NCBI GenBank assembly: GCA_022813865.1
Contig: JALDZX010000043.1
Span: 1-64,000 of the forward strand
DNA length: 64,000 bases
Source of the DNA: Xylographa opegraphella
Lineage: Eukaryota
Direction of reading: 5' to 3'
Shown here piece by piece: positions 11,663-24,454 of the stretch. The position numbers were made by a program, and so were the translations under genes. The stretch's first letter is position 1; the number at the start of each line of letters is the position of its first letter. The notes beneath the pieces are model-generated. The model ran no database searches, was not told the DNA's origin, and worked only from the letters and a program-made list of their open reading frames with translations.

Positions 11663-14286
11663 TCAAGCGAGGTAGCCTAATTCGTCAGACTCTAAACGTT
11701 CAAGGTACTCCTTCTCGATAAGTTGGTCAATGGACTTTTTGATGTCGGATATTTTGGGCGTGAAGCGTGATTTGATCTGGTTGATGGTCTCCTGAACGAG
11801 CTGGACGTGCTTCATCTTCTTCCGCGATTTCATAATACGCACAATAGCAGACTGGCGCAGGGGCATATGGTCAGTATAAATGGATAATAAGGAAATTCAC
11901 GAGTCGCTAAAGAATGTACACTGACCTGCATCAGAAGCTTGCGATCCTCCTCGATGGTCTTGTGCGTATCCTCAATTTCTTGCTTCTGCTCCGACTTGAT
12001 CGCGATGTTTAGATTGACCTTGACTTTCTTGTTCTTGAAGCCATAATTCAATTTGTACCTCGTGCCATGCTCTGGCTTTGCGTTCTCGGGCTCCGGGAGG
12101 ATGACCTTTGCCTTGACCATGACGCCGATTGAGGGGTCGAGATGTTCCGCGGAAAGAGCGGTGGCTTTCTCCATATCGTCGTAGGACACCCAGTCCGCGT
12201 CGTTGAAGAGAAGGAGGATACCCATCTGGTAAGTTGAGACTTGGAACGTGTACGGTATTTTTCCGTTGAAGAGAGCGAAATTGACCTTCATTTCCCCTTT
12301 GCACAGCTGCCATAGCCACGTCAGCTTGCGGCCGCTGTGCTTTTCAAAGTAGAATTTCTGAAATCGTTCATAAGTTTTCACGATATCCTGAGGAGGAATA
12401 AATGCTGTTGCTGGAGGTTGCAGCGGCCAGAAGCCAGTACCCAAAACGTAATACGATGGATCCACGGCCTTCTTCAAGTCCTCTTCATCCAGGACTTTCG
12501 ATTGCCAGTCCTTGTAGTTGCTGTTGAGATCTTTGGAAATTTGTATGTCTTGGAACATACGTTGCAGTTTGTTGGTGTATTCGAATCCGCAAGCTTCCTT
12601 CAGCTTCCCAATCATGCTTGTCTCGGCTTCATCGGAAGCGGAGCTTGCATGGACCAAACGTTTAGCAAGCATTCGCGAATAGAATTTCTGGAACACATCC
12701 TTGTCCTCGATGTACTTGAATATTGTCATGATCTGAACAAGCTTGTTCTCCAAGTCCGACTCTTCCGGGCTCTTTGCACTCTTTTTCAACAAGGTGTCCG
12801 TATACTTAGCAAGGAGTTCAGGCGATCGTGTGGACCCTGTCTTGCAGACCTTGTTTCGGTTGACAAACTCCTTACAGGCATTGTCGAGCGACCGCACAAA
12901 TTCTGACTCTCCCGCAAAAGCCTTGTCGACTAGTTTCTGGTACTGCGAGTGAACCTCCAAAAGCGCATCGACATAGATCTTGGGCTCCAGGGCATCCTCC
13001 TCCGCAGCCACTCTATCAACCGCACTCAAACCAGCCTTTCTTACGTGTGCTTCGAACTTTGTGCGCAGTGGCTCGAGACCTCCAGAAATGCGGGCCAGTA
13101 GTTTGTACATGCGTTCCAAATCCAGCTGGCGATCATTATCGAGCAGAACCTGAAACTCGTCCCGGAGTAGAATAGAATGTGCAGTAACAAGCACCTCCAA
13201 GCATGTCTTCATCAATGGGTTCATTATATCCGGATGCAGGTACATTCCGACTCGCTCTTTCTCCTGATCGAGTCGATCTTCGGCCTTCTTCATATATTCA
13301 ACCACACTGTTTTCCGCCACAAATTGTTTCGACTCTTGTTGGTAGAACGCATTTGTAGCTGCCAAAAATGGTCGCTCGAAGTAGTACCGATATACATCCA
13401 GCGTGGATTTCGTACTGTCGGTTTCGTCGAGGCCCAGCGACACGAAGGAGTCGACGATGCTCTTGATCTGCGCTTGTTCTATTGTCTCTCCGTTCCGTTG
13501 CTTCTCGACCATTTTCAATACCGACGTCATGACGTTGGTGTGGATATTCATAAAGAGCTGTTCCCTCCACTCCACAAGATGCAGTGTGTACACATCGTAG
13601 ATATCCTTCTTTCCCTCATCAATCTCTCGCTTGACCCAGTGACGATTGAGATAGCGGAAAAGATGGTTGATGTATTTGGCCGCCGTTGTGTACCTATTCC
13701 ATTCGCGAATGTAGAAGCTCAGTAGTGCCTCATCAGTGTGTCCCTTAGATTGCTCGTGAATGAGGTTAAGGTGGGATTTGAGATAATTTTTGAGATTTCG
13801 ATAGAGATCTTCACCGAGGAGATGTGCTTCGATAAAAGTCAGTACGTCTTGAACAGACTTAACGGATATGAGTACCACCTCCTCGATTCGTATGAGCGCC
13901 TATAATCCCACCCGTTGTCACTGCTTTTTGTGAGGTACAGAAATTGTGCACGGCTCTGTAGAGATATGATCAGCTATGGGAATGACCGCAGACCAGCGAC
14001 AGCAATACGTATATATCCCCATGTACTAGAAAGAACGATTAGCCCTGACCAAGGTTGGGTTCTACACCGGCAACTCACGGTCTCCATGTTGACACCTTCT
14101 CGAAGACGCCCCATTATCAAATCCACCCCCGTCTCAAGATAATTCCACCTACATCATGCGTAGAACCATCAGTCACGTTTCCAAACTGGTTATAGATCTC
14201 AGGCGAGATATGAGTAGAGCTCGATCAAGCACTTACGTTCCCGCGAGATCATCCTTGCTCGGGGCAGGAGGCATCGTGATAGTCAT
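11663..14286 (-). CDS. CUL1: Cullin-1 (SCF scaffold, Cdc53/CulA)
   Basis: LFRYLNRHWVKRE, PELLAKYTD, FKYIEDKDVFQKFY, GRKLTWLW, neddylation region AIVRIMKSRK, LIEKEYLER. 5' exons from ATG 14286 include a 17-nt exon (14009-14025). Confidence 0.96.
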
Positions 14287-14858
14287 GTTGGCGCAAAAGA
14301 ACTTCCTTGCCTGTGGGCAGGCAGAAGATGAGAAGGCTGCTAAGCAGGAGAGGCGTAAACTGCCACCTAAAACTTTGTAGACAACGACAGCCCTGCACAA
14401 AGCAGCATGACACGAAGGCGGAAGAGGACAGCTGTAACAAGCAGAGGAAACCCAAGATAGTTCCTCGGATCCTAGAATTCAAGAATGTGTTACCGGCTGG
14501 GTCGAATGATCATTCACAAAGTCACAACTCCACCCAGAAAAGCCACTCGAAGCGGGTGGCTGAGCCGGCCTTACGGGGCCCATCTGTCGCGGCTAACAGC
14601 GGCTAGTCTATTTGTGTACCTGGAAGCTCTACTCGTACAGGCCTTTGGGGTTCGGAACTCAGTTGCTCTCAAGGAACTTTGTGGGATCACAAAAATGGTC
14701 ACTGATCACACGAGCAACAGGGTCTGTTGGATTATGGTCCCGTAATGCTTCAACTAGATTTACGCATTGTATTTGAGCTCCAAACAGTATCAGACACTGA
14801 AAATGCCACCAGTTTCTCAAAAAAAAAAAAGCACTTCCCTTGTAGACTTCCCCTCCAG

Positions 14859-15395
14859 TCAAGCTATATCTAGCATCGGACCCTCCTGGCCATACACTGG
14901 ATCATGATCAAACCACTTCAGGTGTCGAATGCCGTCAATCTTCTCCTTCTCCGCCTCCCGCCCGTAGCACATATCCCAATGCATGCCGGTAGGATACGAT
15001 CCCACCATCTCAAACCCACCCTCGATATCTTCCAGCAGCCGGTGGCCGACCCCGGCCGGTATCACGATGACGTCTCCCTTCTCAAGCACCGCTTCGACGT
15101 TCTTCGGATTCTCTTCGCCGCCAAAGCAGAGCTTGGCTTTGCCGTTTGAGATGGCTAGGACTTCATGGGAGGTGGAATGGAAGTGGGTGGTACTGTACAT
15201 GGTAAAACGCCATTGAGGGCTCACGATGCCGATGTCGCGCAGATGCGATTCTATGGTTGCAGCGCTTGCGGAAGAAGGGAAGGCGGAGTGGTAGATGAAA
15301 AGCGGGTGGTGCTGGATGGAGGTGTTGGGAAGGAGCTTGTATGGTGGGATTTGGTATTTGGAGACACGAAGGGTCTTCAGCGGATTGGGCTTCAT
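14859..15395 (-). CDS. Small cupin-fold protein (YjlB-like)
   Basis: LLPNT...PLFIYH, metal motif HFHSTSHEVL, GDVIVIPAGVGH, MVGSYP, DPVYG; single 178-aa exon. Confidence 0.85.
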   Translation of the reverse strand: MKPNPLKTLRVSKYQIPPYKLLPNTSIQHHPLFIYHSAFPSSASAATIESHLRDIGIVSPQWRFTMYSTTHFHSTSHEVLAISNGKAKLCFGGEENPKNVEAVLEKGDVIVIPAGVGHRLLEDIEGGFEMVGSYPTGMHWDMCYGREAEKEKIDGIRHLKWFDHDPVYGQEGPMLDIA

Positions 15396-15620
15396 TGCTA
15401 TTGCTGCTCTCGATGCAGAACAAAATCGAGTGTGAGCCGTTGAACGGTTATCACATTATGTACCGATTTTCAGGTTCAACGACGTCATAAGGACACCATA
15501 TGCCGTGGGTATCAATCCAGAGCTGATACTCCTTTACCAGCACCAGTACCCCCTCACCAGTAAACCCCCCTTCGCTATGCAGAGATGGCCGCAGTGACCA
15601 AGTAGACCGAACAAAAGGTT

Positions 15621-16822
15621 TCAGATTCCAACACCAATCCGCTCAACCACTCTGTATTCCCATGTTAGCAATGTTGATAGCGAATCAGGTGGTTGCTTAC
15701 CGTAAAACGCTTATGGAAAACGTCATCATCCAAGCTATCAAAGCTATGAGAAGTACAGAAGCCAAAGCCTCTTGTTGGCGGCACACCAACTGCCCGAGCG
15801 GGCAGAAAGGAGGAGTAGTGTAGGCATCCGTGATGGCTTCGAATGCCAGACTCAAATTAGCGGAGTCGAAAACGATGAAGAATATGTCCAAGAATATCAG
15901 ACGCATTTTTGCTTTCGCAGATCGGAGACCCAGTGGCTTTCCCGTGTATTCGTCGCGCGTAATGTAGACGATGTACACGAGGGCAATGGCATCGATGATG
16001 ATGGCCATTATGGTCGAGGCACTGTGCGGTAAGCTGGAAGTCCTCTGATATGCTCGGTATATAAGGATACCCAGTACTAGGGCCGCGAAGGAGAATGACC
16101 ACACGATCAACCGGAGGACCAGCGGCACAATCGGATTCCGAAGGACCGTCCGCTGGAGGCGTATGTACCAAGCTTGTTGACGGATGCGTGTACTGCGTCC
16201 CCCAGGTTTCTCAAGATCGGATACCACCGCAACCTGCCACGGTTGAGAGTAGTCTGGCCCGTTCTGTATGAGCCACTCTTCGTCAACACGTTGCCCACCC
16301 TCGGGACTTGTGACTGGGTATGCAGTTTCATCGGCAAAAGCCCTCCATCTCGAGCCGATTTCGCTGATATGATGGCGAGTAGTCGGGGGCGTAGATTCTC
16401 TATCGGCGTCATGGAGATGACCAGGTCCTTGCTTTTTTTGCTTGGAAGAAGGACTGTTATTGTGCTGGGCGACCTGCGCGTCTGGTGGTTGTTTCGGAAG
16501 GAGTTGTGAGCTTGCATCCAGCGTTTCATCTTCTTCGTCGATAGCCTTGGCCCAGACTATGTCACATCCTAGTTTCAGCAAAAGATATCTCGATGACCAT
16601 TGGATTACCACATAACATGTAGAACATAACTGAACACTGACCTGGGCTTGCCCTCACCCGCCGCTGGGCTGCAATGTTGTCCACGGCCGCATCTCCCCCC
16701 GAAGAAGCGAGCGTTTTCTCATTCGAAGATGTTGAAGCAGACCTATCCTCCTGAACAGCGCCATTGTCCAGTAACTTCTCCGCCAAGGCTGGACCTTCCA
16801 GTGGATTGGTAGCATGATTCAT
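15621..16822 (-). CDS. SRF1: SRF1-like regulator of phospholipase D (C-terminal multi-TM domain)
   Basis: PLVLRLIVW...YITRDEYTGKPLGLRSAKAKMRLIFLDIFFIVFDSANLSLAF...QQEALASVL; last exon RVVERIGVGI*. The start could lie further upstream (16930). Confidence 0.75.
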
Positions 16823-17314
16823 CAGCTGTCCATGTGTCGCCTCAGTCCCGACACTTTGGCTTCGGAATGGGCTTGCAGAATGGAGTAGCGATACTGCTCG
16901 CGTCCGAAAACCTCCCTCCGGTGAAACCATTCCGAGGATCAGAATGGCGAAGCGGGGAGAGAGGGCGCTGGTTGCGCCGCAGTCTCACTCAGCTTCGAAA
17001 CGACATTCACATCTTGACATTGAAAGACAGGTTCCCGGGTGCGCACCGATATCGACCATTGCTCCGGGTTGGCATTAATTGAAAGTTGGATTATTTAGAC
17101 CGGCGCTGATTTGGTGATCCGGAATTTGACGGCGCTTGCGATCGCTTCAGAGCCATGACGTGCCTCTACGCGTTTGCAGACACGCATGTAATAATTCAAT
17201 AAATAATTCAGTCAATGGAGTACGAGCAACAATAGCAAAATCGCCCAAAGCATCCACAACCTCGTCTCCATCGCTCATTCTCCCCGGATAACAGCGTGCA
17301 ACCCACCCGCGCCA

Positions 17315-18607
17315 ATGCGGCTCTTCCTGCTCCCCATCTCCACCCGCCGCTCCCTCATCTACTGCCAAAGACTGAACATTCAGCTGACATCCCAGGAAAC
17401 GTACGTCGAAAAGGTGACCGCCAGAGCCGGCGCGACGTGGGTGAAATGGGAGAGCGCGGACTCCGGGTGGCAGAAGAAGCTCACGGGGTGGGGCAATGAG
17501 CTATTCAAACGCATCCCGTTCGAAGAGTGGGGCCTGAAGAGCATCCCGCCGCTCAGCACGCGCCGGCCAGCGGAAGACGTGCCCGGGCAAGAAGAGACGG
17601 ACGTGATATACCCGCCCTCGGTCATCAAGCCGGGCACGGTGTTTGATGTGCTGCAGAAGCTGGCGACGGAGCGGCAGTCGTTGCATCGGAAGCGGATGTG
17701 GGGGAGCATCGCTGGGATGCCGGTGACGATACCTTTTGGCTTGATTCCGATGTGAGAGTTCTTTGTGTGGGGCCATTCGTAGATCGAGCTGTGTGGGGAG
17801 AGCCGTGCCCTGACATGACCGTCCAGACTACCGAACATACCTTTCTTCTACCTGGTTTGGCGGGCCTGGTCGCATTGGCGAGGTTGGTGACCCTCACGAG
17901 GACAATGGCAGACCTACTACTAACGTCAGAAAGCATTCTCGGGCTCGAAGCATGTTGAACATCTGCTACAAGAAGGACTCATAAAATCAGCACCTTCGGA
18001 TCTACTGAGCAGAATATACAGCCTACAAGCGAACAAGTCGTTCGGCAGCCAATTCTATCCTGACTACTGCGCCTTCCTGAGGGAGTGGAAGACGGTCGAG
18101 GAGTCCCAGAAGGACGAAGAAAAAGACATAGTCAACGCGATGGCGACATTATCCAGCAATGTCCACGAACTGGTCAAGGAGATGGACGAACTACTACAGC
18201 CACCTGAATCCGGACTCAATGTGTCCACACCCACAGATAACGCTCCCCCTCCACCCCCCAACTCCAAACCTGACACCAACCCCCAACCCACCTCCACCGA
18301 ATCCCACATCCAAACCCTAACCACCAGCTCCCAAACCCTCAAACACCGCCTCTCCGCCCTCAACCTCCGCACCACCCCACCCATACCACCACCAACCCCC
18401 GACTCGGCGGAAGAAATGCTCCTCACCCCCGGCAGCGGCAAGCTGCTCGCGGACGCCCTACAGCTACACGAGCTCGAAGCGGAAATCGAGCGCGCGGTCG
18501 CGCAAGTGCAGCAGAGCCTGGCTGCGGAGACGGAGCAGAGGGAGCAGAAGGCCAAACTGGACACTGCGGCGAGGGTAGGTGGGAAGGGGAGCGGGGAGAA
18601 GGAGTGA
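17315..18607 (+). CDS. Mitochondrial K+/H+ exchange-related (Mit_KHE1-like) protein, 3 exons
   Basis: MRLFLLPISTRRSLIYCQR...W...SGWQKKLT.WGN..FKRIPFEEWGLKSIPPL, then LPNIPFFYLVWRAWSHWRAFSGSKHV, ending ELEAEIERAVAQV. Confidence 0.8.
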
Positions 18608-19245
18608 GGGGCGTGGAGAATAGGGGTGGAGGACTGCCTCGGTGATGCGTGGTGGCTGGGAAGAGGTCATGGGGGTGGAGGATCCGTCGAGGCGGCGGTG
18701 GTTTTGTGAGGGGCTGCTCGTCTTCCCATAGCGCCGATGTACGCGCGCGTGTCTGTGGATGCAGCTTTCCTTGGTGGACCAGTGCTGGTGATGGGGGTAT
18801 GGACGCACGCACCGACACGGTCGACGTAATCGAGAACCCAGAAGATGCGCCTTCACGGACGCTCGGTTGGCACGTCCATTTTAAATATAACCACATCAAC
18901 GGAGGGGAGTCGCTTGGGAGGTTTAAATACCACAACGACGATCACAGCGGCGTGAATTACGAACCCCAAGACATAGAATAAATCGATTGCGGTTGAGATG
19001 GCAATAAGTAGCATGACATTAGACATTACAGTCCCAGTCGTCACTGCCATATGTGCTAGATCCTTCCCTTCCATGTCCGAGAAAATATGAGAATCGCCCA
19101 TGGCTCATTAGAAGATAGACCCGATTGGAAGTAAGAAACCTTCATCCCCCCTCAACACCTGCAATCGCATCGTGCCGTTCCCTAGTCGTACAACAAGCAG
19201 AACACCAGCTAATGACCCCCAACTACAAGAAAAAAGCCAAGTCAG

Positions 19246-22200
19246 CTACGAATACCCGAACCCATCATCAGAATCGTCCCCGAAATCACTGCACGTCGCC
19301 TGCTGCGTGACCGTCGTATCCTGCTCTGTGTACACCATACTCTGGTTCCCGTTACTGTCGGTGTCCACCTCAGTAAAACTTGTAGCCTGTTGCTGCTCAG
19401 TGAAGGTGCTCTGGTTCGCAAAGAAGCTGGAACTCGTCCCATCCCCGGTTTGCTCCGACGACATCTGTAGGCTCGTACTGCTGGTGTTGACAATTGCAAG
19501 GCCGGCGAGAGGACTCACGAGACCGCTGGCATTGGGGTCCAGACCCAGACCCGGATTGGTGGAACTACCAATGCCGCCGGCAAGACCGGCCAGGGGACTC
19601 TGCATGATGCTGGTGTCCAAACTTGGCGAGTCGGTAGCCCCAGCATTTGTCTCGCTGGTTGCGTTCAAGCTGGTCGTACTATCGTTGAAGCCCAGCCCGG
19701 CCAGAGGACTTGCATCTCCACTACCGAGTCCAGCGGCGGCAGCAATGCTGGCTCCAAACGGATCAGCGGTAGCGGATTGGAAGCTGGTCGGAGTTCCGGG
19801 CCCAACAGAGGTAAATCCCGGATTTGTGGCTGCGTAGAAGGGATCGATGGAAGCGAGATCGGTGGCCGTGTTCATGAAAGATGCAGGATCTTGGCCGCTG
19901 TCACTAATCGGGTCGGCACCCTGACTGGCAACAATTCCCATGCCAGCCACTAGCAGTCCAGGATCAAGTCCTCCATCATCACCAGAATAATATGTTGGCG
20001 CATTGACGTATGTCGGGCCAACGTTCATCATGGTATTGGGATCATAACCATACCCAGGAGCTTGATACATGCCTGGAGCTGCACTAGGATTCGCATAGGA
20101 GGGAGCATTTGATGTGGTGGTATTGAAGTTAAAATTTGTGGGAGCGGAAGAATACATTCCAGTACTGGGATCAACTACGTTCGCTGTATAAGTGGGGTAG
20201 CCAGCATCTGAGACCATTGAAGGATCTGTGTTGTTGGAGCTGCTGTTTTGATTGTTGCTGGGATTACTCCAGACGTTGGAAGACGTACTGTTGTTCAAGC
20301 CTTGTGTCTGATTAGGTGATCCATGTTGATGTACATGTTGGTGATGTCTGCTGATACGTTGCGGGTTTAGATTCAATGCAAGGGTAGGAGAGAAGGTGAT
20401 TCCTGATGGATCTTGGCCAGTGGAATTTGATTGTGCTGTATTACCTGATGGTCCTGCTATCGTAGTATACGTTGGAGGTCTTCCAGGATTTGTATTCTGC
20501 TGGGCTGCCAGATTGGCTTGGGTAAGGGCCGGGTGTTGAGCTGCAGAAGGCCGCCTGTTCGTCACACTTGGGTTGACGCTTGAATTAGATTGGTTGGCCG
20601 TGGATATCTGAGAAGCTGTAGCATGGGGATCATCAGTCGGCCGAGCATTCGTAGACTGTGTATGCGGGAGTGGATGATTTGACGGAGATTGTGGTCCTTG
20701 CCCGGTGCCATTTTGTGAGAATTCAGGGACTTGATGGTTATTCGGTGTATGTGCAGAGCCTTGACTCGGCGTACCAGTTGAGCCCTGGCTGACACCATAT
20801 GCCGAAGGGACCTGCGAACTGTGGACGGAAACTGAGGCTGGGCGAGATCGTAAGTTTTGTTGATTCATATGTATCTGCTGTTTCGGAACACCAGCTGGGG
20901 CCTCGTATATGCCACTCAACTGAGGCTGAAATGCGGTATTGGCCGTCCCCACACCGGAAACAGACCGTGTACCTCGAGAGGCGTCGAGGTTTCGAGAACC
21001 AGATCCGTTTTGGGTACCTGCATTTTGGAGGGAAGTCACACCACCAGGTGACGCACCGGAGTTTTTAGCAGCTGTAGCAGCCGTCATAGGCATGCTGGCA
21101 CTGCGATGGCCTGTGGAGTTTGGCATGGCCGATCCAAATGGAGCTTGAGTCGCAGAGGCCTGATGTTGTTGCTTGACTTCTGGCTTGGCCACTTCTTTTA
21201 GATATTCTAGTGGAGCCAAACCTACTTTTGTATTTCCTTTGACCCTTGCCTTGCACCAACCGTCGTTCTCCAACTCCTCGCTTTTCTCCACGATCTCGAT
21301 ATCATCCCCCTCGTGGAAGATAAGCTCCTCACCGCCCTCATCCTCCGGAGCAAAATCATAGAGAGCTATCGCAGGGGTGAACTTGCGAGGCGGAGGTGGT
21401 GCTTTACGACGTATCATGGAAGCCGGGCGCTTGGTAGCTAGAGGCTCGGACGGAAGCGGAGCGGGGCTCGGCGCTGATGGGCTGGGAAAGTATGAAGCAG
21501 AACTTGTCAGTGGTGAGTTTGAGGAAGCGGAGAAAGACGGCGTTAGCATTATGGGAGCCTGGTTGGACGGAGAGAAACTCTGCGCTGAGTGATCCACCAA
21601 AGAAGGACTAATTGGTGCTGAAGCTGTGGCCGACTGAGAGGTTGGCGAAGCCATCATCGTGGGTGTAGATGACGGAGACATTGGTTGACCAGTCAATCCT
21701 TGTGTAGTTGTTGGTCCGGGCGAGGAAACTGTGGATTGTGGTGCTGGTACTGCGTGCGATGCAGGCCTTGGGTATGATCCTGTTCGCCTGGTCGCATGTC
21801 CCGCATGTGTTATTACTGCTCCTATTCCGACTGAACGTGCAGGAGCAGCACCGCCGGCGTCAGTGCTGCTGGTCAAATTGGATGCCGAAAGGCCACCAAT
21901 GTCCACAGAAGAAACCGAGCTTGCGACTGACATCCGGTGATTGGAAGTGGACGTAGTGGATGGTTGCATCGAGATTGGACTGGGTGGTTGCGCTTGGTTC
22001 CACTGCTTGATGGCGTGCTGCCTGCTCAACTGAGCACTTTGAGAAGGCATGATAATCACCCAGGCTTCAATTGTCGCACGATATTTGTTGTCGAGTCTCA
22101 GATGAGGTCCCTTCAAATCCAGATCCTTTGCGCCGTTGAGCACGCAGAACCCAAATTTCGTTCCCATCCAATTGATCAGCTCAATGTGTTGCTTGTAGTA

Positions 22201-23233
22201 AGCAATCACCGCCATACCGGCGGGCATCCGCTCCGCAGACGTAATCAGCCAGTAGAGGACACGGCCCATAGCCTCACCTATGTGTTTGTCCGCCTTCTCC
22301 ACGTCGTAAAACCTCGTGTTTGAGTCACCCGATAAGAAGCGCCAGTCTTTAATGGGACCAGCATCGCGCCCCATCAGTGGCTGCGGAAATCCATGAAAAT
22401 CGAAGTGTTGGATGAGCTTGTTGAATATGTTTTTGTGGTTTCGAACATCCGTGAACGATTTACTGGAGTACCGAGTGGGCGTCAAGGACGGGAAGTCTGT
22501 CTCGCTGTTAAACAGAAAGCCGCTTGACGGGAGGGGCGAACATACTTGGAAAGATAGAGTATCCAATGTCTGTTGGGCGTAATAAGCCGGCCGTCGTTGC
22601 CAGAGTCTTGTAGGCATCCAGATTCGCAGTCAAGTTCTCTCTGAAGGCGTCCTCCCCAATGGCGGCCCTGAAGATCTGCTGTATGATATACGGACCTAAT
22701 GGGGGATAGGTTTGCTTGTAGTTCGGCAAGCTGCTGCTGAGCTCGGCTGTGATGGCGCCGATGAAATAAATTGAAGTGAAAACACTGTTCACCAGGATCG
22801 CATCCGCAAGTTTCTTCGACAGCGATTGGAAGAGACGGTTTGCATTGACGGAGAATAGCTCGACCTCGATATGGGTCGAGGCGGCCGTCAAGGCCTTGGT
22901 CAGCGCTGGTCCGGAGACAAGTCCAGCTTCCCCAATCCGCTGGCCCAGAGTGCGCAAGACATAATTGACGGTCTCGTATGCTCGCGCCTCGCGCTCGGGG
23001 TCGACCTGCAAGCTGACGGGGGCGGTGGTCCCGTCGACCGTGACCGATCGGTTGAGAGTCTGAGGGCCGGCAGCCGCGTGGTGGTTGTTTTGGAAATTAT
23101 CGACTGCGTGTTTGACGTGAGGGGCGACCTTGGCGACGGCACCGACGAGCTTGATGGCCGCGACGCCAGCGGACAGGAAGCCTGTCGGATCCGCACCCGA
23201 GACATTGTCGGCGACATTAAGGAAGGACGACAT
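19246..23233 (-). CDS. Large (~1310 aa) protein: unrecognised N-terminal domain, S/P/T-rich linker, SH3 domain (~21195-21380), N/Q/S-rich tail
   Basis: The 241-aa and 1123-aa ORFs join in frame through a ~48-nt intron (GTATGT donor at ~22546, TTTAAC branch-like site, ACAG acceptor at ~22499). SH3 motifs: AIALYDF...EELIFHEGDDIEIV...DGWCKAR...GLAPLEYL. Confidence 0.8.
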
Positions 23234-24454
23234 CGCATGGTGGTTATGACGGGAACTTTGGAGCTGTCTCGAGCAGTCAAGTATGCTGGACGGGAACGAT
23301 GAGTATCGCAGGCGGCGGCGCCAAGAGGTGGCTCCAAGGAGGCTCCAAGGTCGCGGCCAGTCCGCAAGCTGGCTCCCCGCCTGCTGAGCTTTGGTATTGG
23401 GCCTCGAACATCACTGGCCCGCGAGGTGGTGCTAAAAACGCCCGAGCGTCCCAATTCTGCTGAGCGCTACTGCAGCGTGAGATTTAGGGAAAAAAGACGC
23501 AAGGCTGAACGAGGACGGGAAGAGAGTCACCGCACCGCCCCTCGATCAGCAAGCGTCCCGGCTGAGAAGAAGACCAGTAGCTGATCGAGGCTTCGAAAGG
23601 TATTGAATCTTTCGTCGGACTCGTTCCAGAACCCTCATCTGTCGAGACACTCACCATGGTTCCAGAAATATGGAAAGAAGAAGGTACTGTGTAATAACTG
23701 CGTAGAGAGATAGGATGTGGGAAAAGGTTACGGTGCCCTAAGGTATCTTCGCTACTACTCCACACTAACCCCGCTGGGGACCTTAACCGAGCTCACCCAT
23801 CCCACATGGTGCAGCAGCGACTGCGACACAGCCAATTGGAACCGACCCCCACTTTTTAGCGCAACGCCTCGTCACTTGGCAGCAGGTGCACGCGGGCGGT
23901 GATGGAAGCGAGGATGTTCACAGCAGGTAAAGAGGTCAGGTATGATGGTGCGATAGAACATCCACGACCCTCGCAGAGATATGCCACACTTCGCTTCCAT
24001 CGCTGACCAGGCACCCTGTCCCGTCCATCATGGAGGGCCGGCAGCATGTTTCGTTCGTTCCACCGTCTCCCAGTGGATGCGGGCCAGTGCCCGCGGCTTT
24101 GCTGCTTAGGACACAGTGAGGTTTGTAGTTCCGTGCTCTGGCCCAAGATAGTCTACCATGTTTACTGTGTACATAGTATGAATATGGTACGAGTAGCTAC
24201 CGCCCAACTCGATCGTCATTGGCTTGCTCTCCCACCACCATGAGGTCTGGCCGCAAGCGCCGCGACTCTTTTCCCAAACCGTGGGTGTATGCGGTGCGCT
24301 AATCGAGGCTGCGGCCACGAGGCTGTCGACCGCGTCGTGGTGGGATGGAACGGGGTCGCTGATAAATGACCGAGCTTTCCTTCCGCCGCTTCTGCTGAGG
24401 GCGTACTGCATCGACTCTTCGTCAGCCTCGTCACCACCTGTGTGAAGACCGACT

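Noticed and set aside
18312..18323. AAACCCTAACCA as an interstitial telomere or template
   Set aside because: Only about 1.5 units, inside C/A-rich coding sequence.
22499..22617. Frameshift or pseudogene between the 241-aa and 1123-aa ORFs
   Set aside because: A ~48-nt GT-AG intron restores the frame.
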